This document shows, one piece after another, positions 17,432 to 25,839 of a stretch of DNA of 27,547 nucleotides. Position 1 is the stretch's first letter; each line of letters starts with the position of its first letter. This DNA comes from an uncultured cyanobacterium (GTDB taxonomy: Bacteria > Cyanobacteriota > Cyanobacteriia > Cyanobacteriales > Microcystaceae), in assembly GCA_903887375.1 (NCBI GenBank), contig CAISPN010000046.1, forward strand, positions 1 to 27,547, read 5' to 3'. The translations under genes were made by a program, and so were the position numbers. The notes beneath the pieces were generated by a model. It saw only the letters and a list, made by a program, of their open reading frames with translations, did not search any database and was not told the origin of the DNA.

Positions 17432-18166
17432 ATGGAGCATTTCCAAACCCAACTCTATCTCTTAGGGCAATATGCTAATAATTTAGTCAAACTAGAACTA
17501 GATCAGATTAATCTTTTAACAGTGGGTATGGTCGCTTTAGCTGGTTTATTAACTAGTTTGACCCCTTGTATGTTATCGATGTTGCCTTTAACTATTGCTT
17601 ATATTGGCGGATATGAAAATCAAGGCAAATTTCAAGGAGCTCTTCAATCTGCTTGGTTTGCCCTCGGATTGGCAACTACCTTAGCTGGTATGGGAGTAAT
17701 TGCGGCAGCTCTTGGTCAAGTCTATGGTCAAATTGGCTCAGGACTGCCAATTGTAGTAAGCGTGGTAGCCATTATCATGGGGCTCAATCTGCTGGAGATA
17801 ATTAATCTTAGATTTCCCTCACTTGGACCTACTTCCTGGATCAAAGAAGATCTCCCTCCTGCAATAAGATCTTATCTTTTGGGACTGACCTTTGGTCTGA
17901 TAGCCTCACCTTGCAGCACGCCAGTATTGGCTACGCTTTTGGCTTGGGTTGCCAGCACAAAAAACTTTCAAACAGGATCACTGTTACTACTTGCTTATAC
18001 TATAGGTTACGTTTCACCCTTAATCATAGCTGGTACCTTTACCAGCAAAATTAAGGATATACTTTCAATCAGAAAATGGTCAGGCTGGATTAATACCTTC
18101 AGCGGAGCCATTTTGATTGGTTTTGGAGTTATCTCATTGCTTTCTAGAGTTAAAAGCAATCTCTAG
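17432..18166 (+). CDS. ccdA: Cytochrome c biogenesis thiol-disulfide transporter CcdA (DsbD-beta family)
   Basis: It is polytopic with two conserved cysteines in TM segments (LTSLTPCMLSMLPL and LIASPCSTPVLA). The track ORF starts at a TTG at 17348, inside the msrA 5' end. I call the ATG at 17432 (MEHFQTQLYLLGQ). Confidence 0.88.
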   Translation: MEHFQTQLYLLGQYANNLVKLELDQINLLTVGMVALAGLLTSLTPCMLSMLPLTIAYIGGYENQGKFQGALQSAWFALGLATTLAGMGVIAAALGQVYGQIGSGLPIVVSVVAIIMGLNLLEIINLRFPSLGPTSWIKEDLPPAIRSYLLGLTFGLIASPCSTPVLATLLAWVASTKNFQTGSLLLLAYTIGYVSPLIIAGTFTSKIKDILSIRKWSGWINTFSGAILIGFGVISLLSRVKSNL

Positions 18167-19056
18167 AGTGTTTTTGTAGTGACCATCTTGGGTTTATTAT
18201 GAGCAATATGAATATGCTTGCTAGGTAATTTGGTATCCATAGCGATCAATTCAGGTAAGGTCACAAATTTATAAGATTGGGCTCTCAATTGTTTGATTAA
18301 CAATGGCAGAGCTTGGGAAGTGTTAGTTCTTCTGATACCCCCATCATGCATCAGAATAATTCCACCTGGTTTGACTTCTCTAAAGATATTTCTAATGAGC
18401 CGCTCAGGAGAGTTACGGGCTCGGTAATCAATCGAATCAGCAGACCAGAGAGCTATACCCATCTTTTGCGATTTTGCATATTCAGCCAAGCCAGTATGCA
18501 TCAATCCCCCAGGTGGTCTAAAAAGATTAGGACGCACACCAATAATTGAAGCAATCACATCAGAGGTTTTTTCAATTTCAGCTTGAGATCCAGCAAGAGT
18601 ATGCTTATTGTAAGGATGGGTCCAAGAATGATTCCCGATAACATGTCCAGCAGCAAAGATTTCTTTAACTAGTTGTGGATTAGCTTGGGCATTGCGGCCA
18701 ATGAGAAAGAAAGTCGCTTTGATATTATTATCTTTGAGAATTTTGAGGATTTTTTCAGTGGGACCGCCCAAAGGTCCATCATCAAAGGTCAAAGCTACAA
18801 CTTTTTGGGAAGTTGGCACAGCAACATTCATAAAGACCTTGCTTTGATAAGCTGATGGTAAAGGCTTTATCGTATTTTCTACTATAGGTGATGGTTTAGT
18901 AGAAGGCTCTACTAATGGTGGTTTAATAGCTAAAGGTTTATGCGTACGATTGAGAAAATTCCAATGGAAAAAAGCTGCTGCTAAAAAACCAAGGATTCCT
19001 GCACCAATAGGTGCCATTGTAATGACCTTTAATAATAACCGCCTATCAGCTAACAC
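18163..19056 (-). CDS. Membrane-anchored polysaccharide deacetylase (CE4/NodB family)
   Basis: An N-terminal TM segment is present (APIGAGILGFLAAAFF). All CE4 motifs are intact: TFDDGP, HSWTHP, FRPPGG and ILMHDG. The start at 19056 is a GTG preceded by GGAG 6 nt upstream. An alternative ATG lies at 19017. Confidence 0.85.
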   Translation of the reverse strand: MLADRRLLLKVITMAPIGAGILGFLAAAFFHWNFLNRTHKPLAIKPPLVEPSTKPSPIVENTIKPLPSAYQSKVFMNVAVPTSQKVVALTFDDGPLGGPTEKILKILKDNNIKATFFLIGRNAQANPQLVKEIFAAGHVIGNHSWTHPYNKHTLAGSQAEIEKTSDVIASIIGVRPNLFRPPGGLMHTGLAEYAKSQKMGIALWSADSIDYRARNSPERLIRNIFREVKPGGIILMHDGGIRRTNTSQALPLLIKQLRAQSYKFVTLPELIAMDTKLPSKHIHIAHNKPKMVTTKTL

Positions 19057-19101
19057 AAATCACTCCACCTAAATAATGATTTTCCAAACTTGTGAACTAA
19101 T

Positions 19102-19881
19102 TTAAGCTCCCATCCCGGAATATTGTCTCAATCCTTTTTGCCAAAGCCATCGGTTAAGAGTATAACAGAGAATAATCCAAAAAAACATTATCCCAAGACC
19201 CTTTTCTAGGTGAATATTGAGACCAACAGCCATAGCAGATGGGAAATAATTTATATAGGGAAAAGGAGTCCAAAGTAAAGCTTCTCTAAAAGGGGCAGGA
19301 AAAACATCAAGAGGGGCAATGATTCCAGAAAAAAAGATTTGAAGAAGCGACCAGAACTGTTGAATTGAAGTCGCCCTTTCCATCCAAAAAGCGAGCATCG
19401 AGAAATTATACTGAATCAAAAACGCCAATATAAAAGACAGGACAACAGTTAATCCTGTAAGTATTATTCTAGATAAATCAGGCGACCAAGTAGCCTTGGG
19501 ATAAAGCCAAAAGAACAATGCAGAAAAAAGAATAACCAAAGGTAGACGGGTCAATTTTTCTGCCAAATGCCTCGCCACATGGTGCCATACCGGATCAAGC
19601 GGTTGTAGAAGTCTAAAAGAGAGAGTTCCTTCGATAATTTCCTGTTCAAATTCCCAGATCACCCAGATATTGGTAACTTGACGCACCAGAAAAACCGCAA
19701 AAAAATAACGAGCAAAATCCAGTGAACTCAAAGAAAATCCGCCATTGCTGGCAGCTTGTATCCAAACCCCCATCAAGATAATCGGCAAAGAACCCGAGAG
19801 TATCCAAAAAAATATTTCAGCCCGGTACTCTAACATATAGGCATAATAAACTGATATAAGAGTGCGCGTAATTTTTAACAT
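19102..19881 (-). CDS. ABC-2 family transporter permease (ABC2_membrane_6/DUF990-like)
   Basis: The ORF is 259 aa with about 6 TM segments. The N-terminus (ISVYYAYMLEYRAEIFFWIL) and the motif LLQPLDP are typical of this permease family. Its ATG (19881..19879) overlaps the ATPase stop by 1 nt (TGATG). Confidence 0.8.
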   Translation of the reverse strand: MLKITRTLISVYYAYMLEYRAEIFFWILSGSLPIILMGVWIQAASNGGFSLSSLDFARYFFAVFLVRQVTNIWVIWEFEQEIIEGTLSFRLLQPLDPVWHHVARHLAEKLTRLPLVILFSALFFWLYPKATWSPDLSRIILTGLTVVLSFILAFLIQYNFSMLAFWMERATSIQQFWSLLQIFFSGIIAPLDVFPAPFREALLWTPFPYINYFPSAMAVGLNIHLEKGLGIMFFWIILCYTLNRWLWQKGLRQYSGMGA

Positions 19882-20864
19882 CAGTTAAGATTTCCTTGGG
19901 TAAATAAATGACTAATTATCTCCTCTACTGGTGGATCTTGGACGCTAAAATCCAAGATATCTAACTCCTCTAGCAAAAGAGTAATTGTCGAGGTAAGTTT
20001 AGCAAAAGGAATCGAAAAACAGACCTCTTTTCCTTCGATACTAGAAATTTCTCCGTATTTTTCTAAATCTTTGCGCTCTAAAGGAGAGCCAAGATCTATT
20101 TTTACTTGGCGATAATTGGCAAAGCTTTTGAGCAGTTTATCTAGCTCTCCATCATAGATAAGAATTCCTTGATTGATGATCAAGATTCTGGGGCAAAGAG
20201 CGGTGATATCAGCCATATAGTGACTAGTCAAGATGATTGTAGATTGATAGCGAGTATTGTAATCTCTCAAGAATTCTCTAACTGCTGCTTGCGCATTGAC
20301 ATCTAGTCCTAAAGTTGGCTCATCTAAAAAGAGAATTTGGGGATGATGAATCAAAGCTGCCAACAGTTCTGCTTTCATCCTTTGGCCTAGAGAGAGCTTT
20401 CTGATTGGTTGAGTTAATTGTTCTTCAAGAGATAACATTGTAGCCAACTCATCTAGCCTAGTTTTAAAGACCCTATCGGGAATATTGTAAATAGCTGCGT
20501 TGATTTTGAGAGAATCTAAAGCCGGCAGATCCCAAAGCAGTTGCTGTTTTTGCCCCATGACTAGGGAAATTTTATTGAGAAAGCTCTTTTGGCGTCGATA
20601 GGGTGTATAGCCAGCAACCTGAACATTTCCAGAGCTTGGATGAATCAATCCTGTCAACATTTTGAGAGTAGTGGTTTTGCCAGCACCATTAGGACCTAGA
20701 AAACCAACTATCTCTCCTTGATTTAAAGTGAAAGATACTCCTTCTACTGCTTTGATTTGCCGATATTTACGCTGAAAAAAATGTGACAATGTGCCCTTAA
20801 AACCGGGCTCTTTAATAGCCACTGGATAGATTTTGCTGAGATTGCTGACTTCTATGATGCTCAT
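19881..20864 (-). CDS. ABC transporter ATP-binding protein
   Basis: It carries Walker A GPNGAGKTTT, signature LSLGQRM, Walker B ILFLDEPT and the H-loop TSHYM. I place the start at the ATG at 20864 (MSIIEVSNLSKIY), which forms an ATGA overlap with the GH116 stop. The track start at 20897 adds 11 residues inside GH116. Confidence 0.9.
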   Translation of the reverse strand: MSIIEVSNLSKIYPVAIKEPGFKGTLSHFFQRKYRQIKAVEGVSFTLNQGEIVGFLGPNGAGKTTTLKMLTGLIHPSSGNVQVAGYTPYRRQKSFLNKISLVMGQKQQLLWDLPALDSLKINAAIYNIPDRVFKTRLDELATMLSLEEQLTQPIRKLSLGQRMKAELLAALIHHPQILFLDEPTLGLDVNAQAAVREFLRDYNTRYQSTIILTSHYMADITALCPRILIINQGILIYDGELDKLLKSFANYRQVKIDLGSPLERKDLEKYGEISSIEGKEVCFSIPFAKLTSTITLLLEELDILDFSVQDPPVEEIISHLFTQGNLN

Positions 20865-23260
20865 TGCCAACCTTTTAGAGAACCATAAACTGACCAAATC
20901 GCCATAGCCCTGAGATAATGGGTCACTCGAAAAGTACCTACTGCGGTGATAGCTTCAGGAGTACGGAACTGAAGTCCATTTTCATAAATTTGCTTGACTA
21001 CAGTTTGGGCTAGCTTGAGTCCTTCTTGCTTCATGCCCTGTTGAATAAAAAAAGCTGCCAACCCAAAATTGATACCAATCCAGACTTCTTGAGGATGGGT
21101 AGAGTTGCGATCTTCGGCAGTGCCATCTAAACGCAGTCCATTAGCTGCGCCATATTTCCCATCTGCAAAATTTAAAAAACAAGATTGATAGACAGTTTTT
21201 AAGGTTGAATGGACATAAGTTTGCTCAACCAAAGGATCAAGCCCTAGTAACTGCAAGTAGAATTGACCGCAGAGCTGATCACTCATCACTACATCAGAAC
21301 CGCTTAGGCTATCTAGATTGTAATATTGACCATTCCAAAGGGTTTTGTGATACAAAGAGCGCGAGAGCTCTAGCCAATTTTGAAATTTTTGGAGATTTTT
21401 TTCTATGCTATTAGAGAGAATCGGGGTAATTTTTGGGGTTTTTAGCAGAACTTGTCCAATGGCTTTGGCTGATTCTAAAGCAGCAATCCACAAACCTGCG
21501 CAATAGGCACTGATTCCCTGCAATCGCCAATCATCATAGGTTTGATCTGGAGCACCTGAATTTTCAGGAATACCATCTCCATCGAGGTCAAATTCCTTGA
21601 GATAATCTAGAGATTCTACTATAGAGTCCCAACATTCCCAAAGAAAAGAAGTATCTTGAGAGCCGGTTAGATAAAAATCTCGATAAACTTGCAATACAAA
21701 ATCGCAAGCTAGATCTTTCCAAAGGTTACAGTCTTGGTATGAGGTGTAGTTGCTCTGCTGCCAGGGATGTTCATTAGGAGCGCCTAAATCATGGGGAGTA
21801 GCGCCTTTAATTTTACGCTGAGCATAAGTTCCGTTATAGCCAATATAACGAGAGGTTGAATTTTCTTGAGGAATTGCTCTTGCGAAAGCTTCTAGAATTG
21901 CTTTATCCAGACGAGGCCAATGCTTTAAAAGCCCAAAAGAGCCATAGAGCCTGACATCTAGACTTTCATACCAACGGTAATCTATACATTCCAAAACGCC
22001 AAATTGTCCAACTGGATCGTTTTCACTGGCCGCGCTCCAGATAGTCCCTCCATCACTTAAGAGATATAACTCGTTAAATAAGGCCATTTTTAACCAATCA
22101 GGCAACTGCGGATCATTATTGATGGGAGCTTGCCATTGTTCTATTTGCTCGCGCCATAGATCGCTAGATTTTAAAGCAGTTCTGACCATTGACCAAGCAT
22201 TATTACCAGTACGTCCAAAAAAATCACTATAGCGCCTGTAGTAATTCACTCCAGGGGCAAATTCGGTGATCGGAAAATCCCAAGCCAAAATAAAGGGGAT
22301 TTTACGTGTTGTACCAGGATTGATCGTAAAGCGCACACAAAAAGCAGCGGCAATCTGTTCTCCTGGTTGAGCAGGGGTTTCATCTTGATAATCAGACAAA
22401 GTACCATCAGCAGCAAAAGAATCCCAAAGCTCTTTTCCATCTGCTGATGGGTTCCAGCGGCTATGATAAAAAACCTCACGATCAGGACTAAGTACGCTTG
22501 CTATAGACATTTGTCCCTCGCCTTCTAAAACCTCATCACCTAATCTAATGCGGTTAAATAGACAGCCGACTCGAAAATTGTCCTGAATCCACTGGTTAAG
22601 GCTTCCTATACTATCTCCCCAGCGTACTTGATAATCATAGTAAGGACTGCCATCATCTCTCTGTTTAATCTCGTTAGATTTGATAGCATTAGTAAACCAG
22701 CCGACCATATTTTGCCAGCTGAGCATAATACTAAGAGTAATTGGTTTGTCTGTAGGATTATGAGCAGTCCATTCAAAAATGGCAATTGGATAGCTAGTCT
22801 CTTGATAGTTATTAGCCAGAATTGGGGAAAATTGCTCACAAATCAGACTAGTAGCAAAAACATCGCTATATTCATACCAACTACGGGGATAAAGAGCATG
22901 ATAGGTTCCCTTGCCTTGAGGGTACCAACTCCAGCTAGATAGAGTACCATCTTCAGGCTTTTGAGTACAAAGAGCATAGGCTTTAGCTTGTTCACCTGCA
23001 ACCTGCTCAAAGATACTAAATTGACAACTACCCAAACTTTGAAAAGTATGCTCACCGCCATCAAGATGCCAAAGATTAAAATCTCCTCGACAAGAGCGGC
23101 CTATAGCCCCAGCGCCAAAACCACCTAGGGGCATGCCATGCCAAGGTCCATCATCTAGATTGCTGGGATGGCGTGTTGTGTAGGGTTTTTCCCAGCCAAG
23201 TCCAATCTGACGAGACCAAGCAAAAGAAGGAATTTCTGGCCAAGCAAAGAGATTTTTCAT
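20861..23260 (-). CDS. GH116 family beta-glucosidase (GBA2-type glucosylceramidase / bile acid beta-glucosidase homolog), cytoplasmic
   Basis: The ORF is 799 aa. It has a GBA2-type N-terminal motif (GMPLGGFGAGAIGRSCRGDFNLWHL) and a C-terminal (alpha/alpha)6 DUF608-like region. No signal peptide is present. Confidence 0.88.
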   Translation of the reverse strand: MKNLFAWPEIPSFAWSRQIGLGWEKPYTTRHPSNLDDGPWHGMPLGGFGAGAIGRSCRGDFNLWHLDGGEHTFQSLGSCQFSIFEQVAGEQAKAYALCTQKPEDGTLSSWSWYPQGKGTYHALYPRSWYEYSDVFATSLICEQFSPILANNYQETSYPIAIFEWTAHNPTDKPITLSIMLSWQNMVGWFTNAIKSNEIKQRDDGSPYYDYQVRWGDSIGSLNQWIQDNFRVGCLFNRIRLGDEVLEGEGQMSIASVLSPDREVFYHSRWNPSADGKELWDSFAADGTLSDYQDETPAQPGEQIAAAFCVRFTINPGTTRKIPFILAWDFPITEFAPGVNYYRRYSDFFGRTGNNAWSMVRTALKSSDLWREQIEQWQAPINNDPQLPDWLKMALFNELYLLSDGGTIWSAASENDPVGQFGVLECIDYRWYESLDVRLYGSFGLLKHWPRLDKAILEAFARAIPQENSTSRYIGYNGTYAQRKIKGATPHDLGAPNEHPWQQSNYTSYQDCNLWKDLACDFVLQVYRDFYLTGSQDTSFLWECWDSIVESLDYLKEFDLDGDGIPENSGAPDQTYDDWRLQGISAYCAGLWIAALESAKAIGQVLLKTPKITPILSNSIEKNLQKFQNWLELSRSLYHKTLWNGQYYNLDSLSGSDVVMSDQLCGQFYLQLLGLDPLVEQTYVHSTLKTVYQSCFLNFADGKYGAANGLRLDGTAEDRNSTHPQEVWIGINFGLAAFFIQQGMKQEGLKLAQTVVKQIYENGLQFRTPEAITAVGTFRVTHYLRAMAIWSVYGSLKGWQ

Positions 23261-23397
23261 CTAATTAATAAATTCTTGAGATAATTCAGTAGAGCAAGAT
23301 TGTCGGTCTTCATTTTTTTAAGCTAACAAAAAAGTAGCATTCTAGTTGCCTATTTTTAGCTAAAATTTCTTTACTACTTTTTTCCAGTGAGTCGCTG

Positions 23398-24729
23398 ATG
23401 CCCTCAATAGAACGAATACGTCTGGTCTGCACACTTTTTTTGAGCAAGTTCATTACAACTTTAGTAAGAGGATTCAAGCTAGGAGCCGCTAGTGTGATGC
23501 CTGGACAAGTAGCATTGCGACTTTACCCAAGTTTACTACCTCGTTTGGCCAGAGAGATTAAATGTCTCATTTTAATTGTCGGAACTAACGGTAAAACCAC
23601 CACTTCTCTACTTCTGAGCCAAATGTTAGAAGATTCAGGATATAAGGTCGTACACAATTCTACTGGAGCAAACTTAATTAATGGCTTGGTCACTGCCTTA
23701 ATTGAGAAAACGGACTTTTGGGGAAATATTCCGGCAGACTACACCATTTTGGAAGTAGATGAAAATATTCTGCCATTGCTACTTAAAGATGTAACTCCGA
23801 GCATGATCTTGGCGCTCAATCTTTTTCGGGATCAATTAGATCGCTATGGGGAGATTGATATTATCAGCAGACGCTGGCAAAATGCCATGGACCATTTACC
23901 AAAAAATACTCTAGTTGTGCTCAATGGAGATGATCCTACCTTATCCTATTTAGGTCAACAGCTTAGCCAAAAAGTACTTTATTTTGGTCTCAATGAACCT
24001 GAGCTCTATTTAGCAGAAATTCCTCATGCTGTTGATTCCATCTATTGTCCAAGTTGCGGTCATCTTCTTGATTATCAAGGAGTCTATCTTTCTCATCTGG
24101 GAGATTATCACTGCCGATCTTGTGGTTTTGCTAAAGGGCAAGTTAAATTGGCTTCAAATGAATGGCCTCAAGTATTAATTGGCGTATACAATAAGTACAA
24201 TACTCTAGCTGCAGCCACAGTAGCCTTGGAATTAGGATCAAATCTCCACGATCTCAAAAAGACGATAGGTCAATTTAAAGCAGCTTTTGGCCGGGCTGAA
24301 GAACTCGTAGTCCAGGGAAAAAAAATCCGCATCCTGCTTTCTAAAAATCCTGTCGGTCTCAATGAAACAATTCGTACTGTTAGTTCCATGCAGCAATTGG
24401 GCAAGGCTAATGTTACCTTGATTATCCTCAATGACCGCATTCCTGATGGCACTGATGTATCTTGGATTTGGGATGTTGATACTGAAGTTTTAGTATCAAT
24501 GCCTGGCAAGACTGTCATCAGCGGAGATCGCCTATATGATATGGGTCTGCGTTTGGCCTATAGCCTACAAACACAAGAACATTCATCGTTAATTCTAGAG
24601 GAAAATCTCAATCAGGCTATTAATAAAGCCTTAGAATTGACTCCAACTGGAGAAACGCTCTATATAATACCTACTTACTCGGCAATGTTAGAGGTTCGCC
24701 AAATTCTAACAGGTAAATCAATAAGATGA
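23398..24729 (+). CDS. murT: MurT-like Mur ligase family protein (Mur ligase central domain plus DUF1727)
   Basis: The P-loop is VGTNGKTTTS. A four-Cys ribbon is present (CPSCGHLLDYQGVYLSHLGDYHCRSCG). The C-terminal DUF1727-like motif is LLSKNPVGLNETIR. The ORF is 443 aa with an ATG start. Confidence 0.8.
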   Translation: MPSIERIRLVCTLFLSKFITTLVRGFKLGAASVMPGQVALRLYPSLLPRLAREIKCLILIVGTNGKTTTSLLLSQMLEDSGYKVVHNSTGANLINGLVTALIEKTDFWGNIPADYTILEVDENILPLLLKDVTPSMILALNLFRDQLDRYGEIDIISRRWQNAMDHLPKNTLVVLNGDDPTLSYLGQQLSQKVLYFGLNEPELYLAEIPHAVDSIYCPSCGHLLDYQGVYLSHLGDYHCRSCGFAKGQVKLASNEWPQVLIGVYNKYNTLAAATVALELGSNLHDLKKTIGQFKAAFGRAEELVVQGKKIRILLSKNPVGLNETIRTVSSMQQLGKANVTLIILNDRIPDGTDVSWIWDVDTEVLVSMPGKTVISGDRLYDMGLRLAYSLQTQEHSSLILEENLNQAINKALELTPTGETLYIIPTYSAMLEVRQILTGKSIR

Positions 24730-24741
24730 GCTGGCTCGTTT

Positions 24742-24747
24742 TATAAT
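24742..24747 (+). promoter_or_regulatory. Candidate -10 element (TATAAT) upstream of petG
   Basis: There is a perfect TATAAT 36 nt upstream of the petG ATG. No convincing -35 lies at 17 nt spacing, so this is weak. Confidence 0.25.
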
Positions 24748-24782
24748 AGTTAAACTATGTTTTTTTAAATTGGAAAATTTTC

Positions 24783-24890
24783 ATGATTGAACCTTTAACT
24801 CTGGGAATTGCTTTAGGATTAATTGTAGTGACTCTAGCTGGCTTGTTTTTTGCCGCCTATATGCAGTACAAACGTAGCGAAAGTATATAA
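24783..24890 (+). CDS. petG: Cytochrome b6-f complex subunit 5 (PetG)
   Basis: My translation is [35 protein letters not shown]. It closely matches cyanobacterial PetG as I recall it (MIEPLLLGIVLGLIPVTLAGLF.AAY.QYKR). At 35 aa it is below the ORF-track cutoff. Confidence 0.9.
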   Translation: MIEPLTLGIALGLIVVTLAGLFFAAYMQYKRSESI

Positions 24891-24913
24891 AAAACAGCTG
24901 AATTTTTAGACAA

Positions 24914-24945
24914 AGTCAAGGTTATCTGATCTTGACTATTTTTTT
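24914..24945 (+). terminator. Putative intrinsic terminator after petG
   Basis: The stem is AGTCAAG (24914..24920) paired with CTTGACT (24931..24937), with a 10-nt loop, followed by a run of seven T (24939..24945). The stem is short and AT-rich, so confidence is moderate. Confidence 0.45.
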
Positions 24946-25548
24946 ATGACCATATCTAAACAAACTCTCCGCCGTCAATTACTATCTGATAGAGAGTCTT
25001 TAACCAAAGAGCTATGGACTCAGAAGAATCAAAACATCTGCTATCAACTTTCAAATTGTCAATGGCTAAAGGGTGCCCAGATAGTTTTGGGTTATTTTTC
25101 TACTCGTTTGGAGCCAGATATCACTTCTCTAGTAAATCTACAAAAGCATCAATGGGCTTTTCCAAGGATTGAGAGTAAATCTCTGAAATGGCACCTCTGG
25201 AATCCTGGAGATCAATTAGTATTAAACCGCTATGGGATTTGGGAGCCATCATCTCATTTGCCTATAATCTCCAGTGAGCAGGCAGATTTGATCTTAGTTC
25301 CTTCTATAGCCTGTGACCGCCGAGGTTATCGACTCGGCTATGGTGGTGGCTATTATGATCGCATGCTCCAAGAAAGCTGTTGGTCTTCTATCAAGACAAT
25401 CGGCATCTGTTTTAATCTGTTAGCTCTACTGCCTACAGATAATTGGGATCAAAGATTAAAAGCAATCTGCAGCGATCAAGAACTGATTCACATTGATTAT
25501 GCCGATTCCAATGGGGCCATAGTCAATCCTTCTCTGCGCAGTTGCTGA
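24946..25548 (+). CDS. 5-formyltetrahydrofolate cyclo-ligase
   Basis: The ORF is 200 aa with the family motif RRGYRLGYGGGYYDR, plus LVPSIACD and WDQRL. Its ATG immediately follows the T-tract of the petG terminator. Confidence 0.85.
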   Translation: MTISKQTLRRQLLSDRESLTKELWTQKNQNICYQLSNCQWLKGAQIVLGYFSTRLEPDITSLVNLQKHQWAFPRIESKSLKWHLWNPGDQLVLNRYGIWEPSSHLPIISSEQADLILVPSIACDRRGYRLGYGGGYYDRMLQESCWSSIKTIGICFNLLALLPTDNWDQRLKAICSDQELIHIDYADSNGAIVNPSLRSC

Positions 25549-25790
25549 TGATAGAGTTCAGCCTGCTCTTGAGGACCTACCCAGACTACAGCGAGTCCCT
25601 CATTATGAATTTGGTTGGTCAATTTCCAAGCCAAATCACCAGTCATAGCTGGAATATATTTTATCAAGCAGTTAGAGACATGATCAAATGTATTGAAGTC
25701 GTCATTTAAGACAATCACCTTATAGTTAGGATATGTCTTGACAACAGTTGCAGTAGCTCGTTCTTTAGTTGTAGCAGGTGAAGTTACCAT
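25497..25790 (-). CDS. clpS: ATP-dependent Clp protease adaptor ClpS
   Basis: The ORF is 97 aa with the core YKVIVLNDDFNTFDHVSNCLIKYIP...AELYHQQLRREGL, typical of ClpS. Confidence 0.9.
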   Translation of the reverse strand: MVTSPATTKERATATVVKTYPNYKVIVLNDDFNTFDHVSNCLIKYIPAMTGDLAWKLTNQIHNEGLAVVWVGPQEQAELYHQQLRREGLTMAPLESA

Positions 25791-25839
25791 ATGATAGCAA
25801 TAGGAAGATCATGACCAAGCCACAATCTCCCCTGATGAT

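Noticed and set aside
20865-20897. The ABC ATPase has an 11-codon N-terminal extension overlapping the GH116 3' end.
   Set aside because: The internal ATG at 20864 yields the canonical MSIIEVSNLSK start and a clean ATGA junction with the GH116 stop, so the longer form is unnecessary.
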